Assembly (NCBI GenBank): GCA_002254405.1
Contig: NJDH01000001.1
Coordinates: 1-53,624 of the forward strand
DNA length: 53,624 nt
Direction: 5' to 3'
Source: Candidatus Altiarchaeales archaeon ex4484_96
GTDB lineage: Archaea > Altiarchaeota > Altiarchaeia > IMC4 > QMZM01
Positions 38,330 through 45,518 of this stretch are shown piece after piece (within the stretch, counting starts at the first letter, position 1; each line of letters starts with the position of its first letter). The position numbers and the translations under genes were made by a program. The notes under the pieces are model-generated. The model did not search any database. It was not told where the DNA came from and saw nothing but the letters and a program-made list of their open reading frames with translations.

Positions 38330-39183
38330 TGAAGCAGATTACGGTTTTAAGCGGCAAAGGAGGAACAGGAAAGACCTCGTTGGTGAGCGCCTTCGCTTCC
38401 CTGGCTAAAAATAAGGTGCTGGCTGACTGCGATGTTGACGCAGCAGACCTGCATCTGATACTGAAACCTGAGATAATTGAGGAAAATGATTTCAGGGCGT
38501 TGAAGACCGCCAGCATAGATGGTGAGAAATGCACAAGATGCGGTGAGTGCGTTAAATACTGCGTCTTTGATGCCATATCAGACTACCTGGTTAATCCATT
38601 AGCCTGCGAGGGATGCGCTGTATGCGAACTCGTCTGTCCCGTGGATGCTGTCTCGATGAACGAAAAAAACGCAGGCAAGACCTTCATCTCAAACACAAGA
38701 TGCGGGCCACTGGTCCATGCAATACTCTACGCAGGGGAGGAGGCATCAGGCAAGCTTGTGGCCTTGGTCAGGAAGAAAGCCAAGGATGTTGCCCAAGATA
38801 AAGGCCTGGATTTGATAATCATCGACGGCTCGCCCGGGATAGGATGCCCTGTTATCGCCTCTCTTTCCGGGGCGGATTTGGCTTTGATTGTGACCGAGCC
38901 AACGATATCCGGACTACACGACCTTGAGAGGATTGTTGGTGTGACAGAATTTTTTAAAATAAAATCCATGGTCTGCATAAACAAATACAATATAAACAGA
39001 GAGAAAACCATTGAGATAAAAAAATACTGTCTTAGGAATAATATACCTGTTGCTGGGGAGATACCCTATAGCGGGGATTTCACAAAAGCCATGGTTCAAG
39101 CTAAAAGTATAGTGGAATACGGGGGTGATGTTTCACAGATTGTTAAGGGGGTGTGGGATGAGGTTAACAATAGTATACGATAA
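38326..39183 (+). CDS. MinD/ParA-type P-loop ATPase with inserted 2x[4Fe-4S] ferredoxin domain (second paralog)
   Basis: LSGKGGTGKTS, CTRCGECVKYC and CEGCAVCELVCP. 285 aa. Confidence 0.8.
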   Translation: MMKQITVLSGKGGTGKTSLVSAFASLAKNKVLADCDVDAADLHLILKPEIIEENDFRALKTASIDGEKCTRCGECVKYCVFDAISDYLVNPLACEGCAVCELVCPVDAVSMNEKNAGKTFISNTRCGPLVHAILYAGEEASGKLVALVRKKAKDVAQDKGLDLIIIDGSPGIGCPVIASLSGADLALIVTEPTISGLHDLERIVGVTEFFKIKSMVCINKYNINREKTIEIKKYCLRNNIPVAGEIPYSGDFTKAMVQAKSIVEYGGDVSQIVKGVWDEVNNSIR

Positions 39184-39823
39184 TGAGTTGTTTGGTGAAT
39201 CCCCGGATTTGGAGACAGGGTGGGGTTTCTCCTGTCTTATTGAGGTTGGTGAGCTGAAAATCCTGTTTGACACCGGGTGGAAGGGTGCTGCCTTGGTTAG
39301 AAATCTTGAGAAACTCGATTTTAATGTAGAGGATATCGATTTGGTGATTTTAAGCCACCAGCACTGGGATCATGTTGGGGGGTTGCCTTGTGTTATGAAC
39401 CAGGGCAGAGACCTGAAGATTTACGTTCCAGCCAGCTTCTCAGCGAACATGAAAAGGGATATAGCATCAGAGCATGTGTTGTTTGAGGTTTTGGATGCCA
39501 CAAAAATAGTTGACGGGGTTTATTCAACCGGGGAGCTTGGCTCGCAGATAAAAGAGCAGTCTATTGTTTTAGAAGGCTCGAAGGGTTTTTTTGTTGTCAC
39601 GGGATGCGCTCACCCCGGATTGGATGTTATATTGGATGCTGCTGGGGAATTTGGGTTACTCTACGGGGTTTTAGGCGGATTCCATGGGTTTGATAAGTAT
39701 GATGCGTTAACGGGTTTGGATTTGATTGTGCCATGTCATTGCACCCAGCATAAGAAGGAGATAATGGATTTATTTCCTGATAACACAATATTTGGCGGAG
39801 CAGGCTATAGAATCGAGTTATAG
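39158..39823 (+). CDS. Metallo-beta-lactamase-fold protein
   Basis: MRLTIVYDNE..., GWGFSCLIE and HQHWDHVGG metal-binding motif. Start set at ATG 39158. Confidence 0.65.
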   Translation: MRLTIVYDNELFGESPDLETGWGFSCLIEVGELKILFDTGWKGAALVRNLEKLDFNVEDIDLVILSHQHWDHVGGLPCVMNQGRDLKIYVPASFSANMKRDIASEHVLFEVLDATKIVDGVYSTGELGSQIKEQSIVLEGSKGFFVVTGCAHPGLDVILDAAGEFGLLYGVLGGFHGFDKYDALTGLDLIVPCHCTQHKKEIMDLFPDNTIFGGAGYRIEL

Positions 39824-39829
39824 AATGAA

Positions 39830-40423
39830 ATGGTTGACAGATACCTTAAGTACTATGAGACGCCTCTGGGGGCGCAGATATTAAAAGAGGAAACCTCTTA
39901 CCTGAGAAATCATCTAGGTGGTTGCGGGAAAATACTGGATGTGGGCTGCGGACCGGGTGTGTTCGAAAAGGAGCTTATAGGGTATGATATCGTTGGAGTA
40001 GATGCAAACGAACAGATGATAAAGAAGGCTGAAATCCTGGCTGATAATGTTTTTGTTTGCGCTAAAGCCGAGAAAATGCCTTTCGAAGACAACAGCTTCA
40101 CCTGCGTTTTTTATGTTACCTCAATGGAGTTCATAGGCGATTACCGGGCTGCTGTGGATGAGACCATCAGGGTTTTATCTGATGGTGGGCGGATTCTAAT
40201 TTTAATGCTGAATCCTAAATCGGCATACTTTAAGCTTAAGGTTGAGGAAGAAGGCTATATCTCCAGATACGTTAACATCAACACAGAAGAGATAAAAGAG
40301 TATCTTGAGGGGTTTTTTATAGTGGATGAGGAGTTTTTTTTAGGGATTGGAGATGATGTGGTTTTCAACTCAGATAATCCAAAGTATGCTTCAATAATTG
40401 CTTTAAGAGGTGTTTTAAGATGA
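39830..40423 (+). CDS. Class I SAM-dependent methyltransferase
   Basis: ILDVGCGPGVF motif I. 197 aa. Confidence 0.75.
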   Translation: MVDRYLKYYETPLGAQILKEETSYLRNHLGGCGKILDVGCGPGVFEKELIGYDIVGVDANEQMIKKAEILADNVFVCAKAEKMPFEDNSFTCVFYVTSMEFIGDYRAAVDETIRVLSDGGRILILMLNPKSAYFKLKVEEEGYISRYVNINTEEIKEYLEGFFIVDEEFFLGIGDDVVFNSDNPKYASIIALRGVLR

Positions 40424-41268
40424 GAGTTAACCTGGATTGCGTGCCCTGCTTCATGCAGCAGGCTTTGAAGACCGCGAAACTGGCGACAGATGATGAGAGA
40501 AAACAAGAGCAGATTCTTAGGGAAACAGCGGCTTTATTGCATGAATTATCTTACGGGTGCAGCCCCCCCCATATAGCGCATCAGGTTCATGAGATAGTTA
40601 GGAGAGTATCAGGCAACCCGGACCCTTACAGTAAAATCAAATCACATGATAATAAACTCGCCTTAAGGTTGTATCCTTGGCTGAAAAAGCAGGTGAGCCA
40701 ATCAGATGACCCTATTTATACCGCCTTAAAGCTCGCTGTGGCAGGCAACATAATAGATTATGGGGTGAACCACGTATTTGATGTGGAAGAGACAGTTAAG
40801 AGGGTATTGGGGGTTGATTTCGCACTTGATTCCCTGGATGAGTTCAGGCAGGAGCTTGAAAAAGCCAGGCAGATAATTTATCTGGCTGATAACGCCGGTG
40901 AAATAGTCTTTGATAGGGTCTTGATTGAGGAGTTGGATGATATAAGGGTTACGCTTGTTGTGAAGGGGGGCCCTATAATAAATGATGCAACAGTAGGAGA
41001 TGTTCGGGAAGCGGGTTTGACAGGTAAGGTTGAACTCGACTACATGGGCAATGGCATGCCGGGTACCGGACCTGAACGAACCGACCCGGTTTTTCTCAAA
41101 AAGCTCAAGAAGGCGGATTTGGTGTTGAGCAAGGGACAAGGCAACTTTGAGGGATTAAACGAGCAGGACTATATTTTTTTCCTGCTGATGGCTAAATGCC
41201 CCCTCATCGCAAAACATATTGGTGTCGGGGTGGGAGATATCGTTTTTATCAGGGGGTTTAATAGATGA
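40420..41268 (+). CDS. DUF89 / ARMT1-like damage-control phosphatase family protein
   Basis: N-terminal DCVPCFMQQALK and the later ADNAGEIVFD segment are typical of DUF89. 282 aa. Confidence 0.6.
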   Translation: MRVNLDCVPCFMQQALKTAKLATDDERKQEQILRETAALLHELSYGCSPPHIAHQVHEIVRRVSGNPDPYSKIKSHDNKLALRLYPWLKKQVSQSDDPIYTALKLAVAGNIIDYGVNHVFDVEETVKRVLGVDFALDSLDEFRQELEKARQIIYLADNAGEIVFDRVLIEELDDIRVTLVVKGGPIINDATVGDVREAGLTGKVELDYMGNGMPGTGPERTDPVFLKKLKKADLVLSKGQGNFEGLNEQDYIFFLLMAKCPLIAKHIGVGVGDIVFIRGFNR

Positions 41269-41837
41269 AGTGCGCTGTCTGCGAGAAAAAAGAATGCTAT
41301 GAAGGCAAAGACTGCACTGGTTTAGCAGATAGTGTTTTGGATGAATACTCTGATGATGAGCTAAGGGGGTTGGATGCGGCTGCAAGCCTTGAAGCCCAAG
41401 GCTACATGAAGCTCACAAGGCTTGAGGAGGTGATGGCGTTTGCACGAAACATGGGCTATAAAAGGCTCGGGCTGGCTTTCTGCATTGGATTAGAGGATGC
41501 TGCCGGGATTATAGAGGGGATATTATCAGCTGAATTCGAGGTTTACTCTGTGTGCTGCAAGGTCTGCGGCCTAAGTAAAGACGAGCTTGGATTAAGTGGC
41601 TTTGAGGGCGGGAGCATAAGCTCATGTAATCCGGTTGGTCAGGCATTGATATTAAACGATAAAAAAACCCAGCTTAATCTGGTATTGGGCTTATGCATGG
41701 GGCATGATATATTATTCACCGGGCGCTCTAATGCGCCTGTTTCGGTTCTCGCGGTGAAAGACCGGGTTTTGGCCCATAATCCCCTGGGAGCTGTTTACTC
41801 CCGTTATTATCGGAGGAAGAGATTTAATCTGAAATGA
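41265..41837 (+). CDS. DUF1847-family Cys-rich metal-binding protein
   Basis: MKCAVCEKKECYEGKDC N-terminus and further Cys pairs. 190 aa. Confidence 0.5.
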   Translation: MKCAVCEKKECYEGKDCTGLADSVLDEYSDDELRGLDAAASLEAQGYMKLTRLEEVMAFARNMGYKRLGLAFCIGLEDAAGIIEGILSAEFEVYSVCCKVCGLSKDELGLSGFEGGSISSCNPVGQALILNDKKTQLNLVLGLCMGHDILFTGRSNAPVSVLAVKDRVLAHNPLGAVYSRYYRRKRFNLK

Positions 41838-42748
41838 GATACTTGTTCGGTCCAGTGCCATCGCGCAGGCTCGGGAGCTCGCTGGGGGTTGATTTAGTAC
41901 CATATAAGACCTGCTCCTTTGACTGCGTATACTGTCAGCTGGGTAAGACCACTAAAAAGACAACCAAAAGAATAGAGTATGTTCCCTTCAAGGAGGTATT
42001 ATCCGAGATTGAAGACTACATTAATGCAGGGGGGTCATGCGATTATATTACGCTTTCGGGCTCGGGCGAGCCGACACTTAACTCGTGTTTAGGTGAAATA
42101 ATAGACGCAATTAAATCATTGACTGATATACCTGTTGCTGTGTTAACCAACAGCTCATTGTTAGGTGATGATGTGATTAGACGGGAGTTGGCTGGTGCGG
42201 ATTTGCTTGTGCCCTCATTGGATGCGGCAACCCAGGGTGTTTTTGAGCAGGTGAACAGGCCCTGTCCAGGGATTGATATAGAGGATATAATAGGGGGCCT
42301 GGTTGAGATGCGTAAAATCCTTGATGGTCTGATGTGGCTTGAGGTTTTGCTCGTAGCCGGTGTCAACGACAAACCGGGTGAAGTTGATGCCTTAAAGGAT
42401 GCTATTGAGGCAATCAAGCCGGATAGAATACAGTTGAATACGGTAATCAGACCCCCCGCCGAATCCTATGCCAAGCCTGTTTCAGAGGAGAGGATGGGTA
42501 AAATAGCTGCGGTCCTGGGAGCTGAGTTGGTTCAGGCAAGCAATATAGAGTTCACTTATTCATATAAAAGAGATGTTGAGGAGTCGATATTGGATCTGCT
42601 CGGAAGAAGACCATGCACGTTGGGGGACCTATCTGTTTGCCTGGGATTGCATGTTAATGAGGTAGTCAAGTACCTTCAGGAGTTGATGAAAAATAAAAAA
42701 ATAGAGTCCATATCCTCTGGGGGTGGGAGATACTACAGGAGAGCTTAG
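41834..42748 (+). CDS. Radical SAM protein with C-terminal winged-helix-like tail
   Basis: FGPVPSRRLGSSLGV followed by the CSFDCVYCQ CxxxCxxC motif. 304 aa. Confidence 0.8.
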   Translation: MRYLFGPVPSRRLGSSLGVDLVPYKTCSFDCVYCQLGKTTKKTTKRIEYVPFKEVLSEIEDYINAGGSCDYITLSGSGEPTLNSCLGEIIDAIKSLTDIPVAVLTNSSLLGDDVIRRELAGADLLVPSLDAATQGVFEQVNRPCPGIDIEDIIGGLVEMRKILDGLMWLEVLLVAGVNDKPGEVDALKDAIEAIKPDRIQLNTVIRPPAESYAKPVSEERMGKIAAVLGAELVQASNIEFTYSYKRDVEESILDLLGRRPCTLGDLSVCLGLHVNEVVKYLQELMKNKKIESISSGGGRYYRRA

Positions 42749-43005
42749 TCTTTTAGTTTATCTATTAGTGCTTCCTTATCTGGAGCCTCACCAGCACAAA
42801 AAATTTCCCCGTCTATTAGTATTGATGGTGTGGAGGCTATCTGGTACTGCAGTGCTGTTAGCATGTTGTCTTCTTCGTCTATGTTCAGTATCTCCCAGTC
42901 CACGCCCTTTTTTAACCTTAGGGCGCTGGTTACCTCCTCAACAATCTTTTTGGCCTTGGGGCACCTGGGGCAGTTTTTTCCTGTGTAAAGAATTAATCTG
43001 GTCAT
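42745..43005 (-). CDS. Thioredoxin/glutaredoxin-fold redoxin (NrdH-like)
   Basis: KNCPRCPKAK CxxC active site. 86 aa. Starts 4 nt after the nrdD stop. Confidence 0.75.
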   Translation of the reverse strand: MTRLILYTGKNCPRCPKAKKIVEEVTSALRLKKGVDWEILNIDEEDNMLTALQYQIASTPSILIDGEIFCAGEAPDKEALIDKLKD

Positions 43006-43008
43006 TTT

Positions 43009-45429
43009 TTAGAAATCATATTCGCTATCCCACCCGTTTTTCCCGGTATGCTGTAGCCTTCTTTTGGTTTGCTCTTTTACCTCGGTGCTCTCGCCTGAGG
43101 TACCATAGCGTCTTCTTTCTGCGAGTTCCTCTAGTTTCCCCTTATTCCAGCCGGCTACGTTCTGGTAGTATCCTGTTATCCGGGACCACCACTCGATGTT
43201 GGTTGAGCCGCATTTAGGGCATTCATCTGTTAAGCCCCCTACCGTGAAGTTGCAGTTTTTGCAGACAGAGAGGTCTTTTGTGAAAGCGAAGTACTGTATC
43301 GCTGTTTTTGTGGCTATTTTTTTGGTCAGCTCATAGATTCCCTCAGCCCCGGGATTGGATTCTCCCAGCCAGACATGGCTCATAGCTCCTCCGTCTGTCA
43401 GGGGATGGAACGCCCCCTCAATGCTCAGTCTCTTCCACAGCGGAACATCTGCTGAGGGGTTCACGTGAAAGGAGTTACTGTAGTATGCAGCATCCTGTGG
43501 CCCGTTGGCTATGACCCGGCCATCGTATCTTTCAAGGTCTATTTGAGCCAGCCTGTAACTGCATGATTCAGCCGGGGTGCGGGCTAAAGCAAAGTTTAAT
43601 CCCGTTTTTTCCCGGAAATCAGCTACAATATCGCGCATTCTTTTCATAACCTTCAATCCAAACCTCCAAGCATCATCTGACTCGTGTAATTCATTTCCTG
43701 TGTGGGCCTTCACCATTTCATTCATGCCAACTAGGCCTATGATATAGCTTTGCTTGTCTGTGGCAAGATATTTTGTTCCTTCATCGTCTATCGGCTGGTT
43801 CATGAATGGCAGTAGATTGTTTCTTAGGTTGCGGTCTATTATTTCTTTTTTCAAAACAAGAGCTTGCTTGGCCTTCTCCATCCTCTCCTGCAGGACCTCA
43901 AACAGCTTGTCGTCGTCTCCGCTTGATTCATAGGCCAGCTGCGGCAGGTTGATGGTGACAACCTGCAGCCCACCCCCTCTTATCGTTCCGTTGGCTACGT
44001 CGTCTTCGGTTGAGGCGTCATCCAGGGGCATCAGGAAACTACAGCACTGGTAACATGCGAAATCCGGCATATAGGGTTGATGTATTATGTAGTAGGGTGT
44101 GCCGAATTTAGCGGCCAGCTCAGATACCTTCAGCAGTTCATCCTCGTTTTTTCCTTTTTTAATGTCTTTGGGGTCAACCTGAACCTCGAATTTCGGGAAA
44201 TTAAAGCTTTTACCTATGTAATCGCCTTCAAGGTACACATCAAGTATTGCGTTAAAGAGTGTGGTGGTTTCGTCCTCGAAATCCGAAAACGTTACGGAAT
44301 CCTTAACCTTACCCCCCGGCAATACAGCGGGTATATCCTTAAACTGGTGGGATACTGACATGTCGCAGTCTATGGAAGAGAATACTACCTGCCCTCCGCG
44401 GGCAACATACATCTGGGACAGCTCATATATGAACATCTGGGCCAGTTGCTTTATTCTCTTGTAATTTAGGCCTTCAATGTAGGGTGAGAGGAAGGTGTTG
44501 AAGTAGCTGAATCCCTGTCCCCCGGCGCAGTTTGTCTGCGAGGCCGCTAGTACTTTCGCGGCGTGTAGAAAGGCCACCTCAGGTCTTTTAGCAGGGCCCG
44601 CTATGGCGGTGTGGTTGCCCACACCATCTGCTTTAAATCCGTTTTTCAAAAAGAACCTTATGTCGTGGCTGAAACAAAAGGGTCTGGTAGAGAAATAATC
44701 AAGGTCGTGTATGTGTATTTCTCCTCTCATGTGGCTGTCAGCTAAATCAATCGGTAAAACGTTTATGAGAGAGTATTCCTTGCTTATCTGGTCTGCCATA
44801 AGCTTGTGCACGGATTCGGGGTTGTACTGCAGGTTCGCGTTTTCTGTTGAGGGCAGTTCTATCAGGCCTTTTACGTCGTAAACCGGCATACCCAGTCTCG
44901 TGTATCTTGCTCTTTCTTTTTCCAGCCCGTTTTCCAGCAGCTTCACGCAGGCGATTTCCCTGATAAGCGGTGCTGTCACATAGGAGAGCTTGAGCTTTTC
45001 AAGCTCCTTTTCCACATCCCTTGATATTTTATCGGCTGTTTCTCTGGCAAGTTGTGTTTCCTTAACAAGAGATTCAGCTATCTTCTGTCTATCAAATCCC
45101 TCAAGGGTTGTTTTGGAGGTTCTGACCCGAAGTTTAGCCCGGTACTTGTATTTCTCAGCGAGCTTGGGGCTTATTTTCCTGAGCTTCTTGTAGGTCATCA
45201 GCCGGATTTCAGCCGTGCTTATGCCATCGTAAATGTTTTCTGCTACCTGCGTGGCTACCTTGGCGGAAACAAGAGATGATGCCCCGATATTTCTGAGGCT
45301 GCACATTATCTCCTCACCGATATTTCTGAGGCTGCACATTATCTCCTCAACATCAAAATCCTCCATAGAATCGTCAGCATGCACTACCCTCATGTTGACT
45401 TTCTCGTTTAGATAGGCTATTTCAACCAT
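43009..45429 (-). CDS. nrdD: Anaerobic ribonucleoside-triphosphate reductase (class III), paralog 1
   Basis: Glycyl-radical motif WSRITGYYQNV, Zn ribbon CKNCNF...CPKCGS and N-terminal ATP-cone repeats. 806 aa. Confidence 0.9.
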   Translation of the reverse strand: MVEIAYLNEKVNMRVVHADDSMEDFDVEEIMCSLRNIGEEIMCSLRNIGASSLVSAKVATQVAENIYDGISTAEIRLMTYKKLRKISPKLAEKYKYRAKLRVRTSKTTLEGFDRQKIAESLVKETQLARETADKISRDVEKELEKLKLSYVTAPLIREIACVKLLENGLEKERARYTRLGMPVYDVKGLIELPSTENANLQYNPESVHKLMADQISKEYSLINVLPIDLADSHMRGEIHIHDLDYFSTRPFCFSHDIRFFLKNGFKADGVGNHTAIAGPAKRPEVAFLHAAKVLAASQTNCAGGQGFSYFNTFLSPYIEGLNYKRIKQLAQMFIYELSQMYVARGGQVVFSSIDCDMSVSHQFKDIPAVLPGGKVKDSVTFSDFEDETTTLFNAILDVYLEGDYIGKSFNFPKFEVQVDPKDIKKGKNEDELLKVSELAAKFGTPYYIIHQPYMPDFACYQCCSFLMPLDDASTEDDVANGTIRGGGLQVVTINLPQLAYESSGDDDKLFEVLQERMEKAKQALVLKKEIIDRNLRNNLLPFMNQPIDDEGTKYLATDKQSYIIGLVGMNEMVKAHTGNELHESDDAWRFGLKVMKRMRDIVADFREKTGLNFALARTPAESCSYRLAQIDLERYDGRVIANGPQDAAYYSNSFHVNPSADVPLWKRLSIEGAFHPLTDGGAMSHVWLGESNPGAEGIYELTKKIATKTAIQYFAFTKDLSVCKNCNFTVGGLTDECPKCGSTNIEWWSRITGYYQNVAGWNKGKLEELAERRRYGTSGESTEVKEQTKRRLQHTGKNGWDSEYDF
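45284..45349. repeat. Perfect 2 x 33-bp tandem duplication inside nrdD paralog 1
   Basis: ccgatatttctgaggctgcacattatctcctca occurs at 45284-45316 and 45317-45349. It encodes EEIMCSLRNIG twice, while paralog 2 has a single copy. Confidence 0.95.
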
Positions 45430-45454
45430 TTTAAATATTGTTTAATAATGCGGG

Positions 45455-45465
45455 TATAATATTAT
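45455..45465 (-). promoter_or_regulatory. Palindromic TATA-like box TATAATATTAT upstream of nrdD paralog 1
   Basis: Starts 26 nt from the ATG at 45429. The same motif lies upstream of paralog 2. Confidence 0.4.
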
Positions 45466-45518
45466 GTCTGATTGTTCATAAAAAAGGGTTAGTTTATCTT
45501 TTCATCTTGGAGGTTATC

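Noticed and set aside
41834-42748. The radical SAM gene as the missing NrdG activase for the neighbouring nrdD genes.
   Set aside because: It belongs to the plus-strand operon (4-nt overlap with DUF1847), whereas the nrdD genes are convergent. At 304 aa with an FGPVPSRRLG-type N-terminus and a wHTH-like tail, it does not resemble the small NrdG family. Proximity alone is insufficient.
42723-43217. 164-aa plus-strand ORF spanning the redoxin and the nrdD 3' end.
   Set aside because: It is antisense to two supported genes and has Leu/Ser/Arg-rich shadow composition.
45284-45349. The 33-bp tandem repeat as a CRISPR-like or minisatellite array.
   Set aside because: There are only two units, no spacers, and the repeat is in-frame inside a conserved CDS. 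It is a simple tandem duplication.
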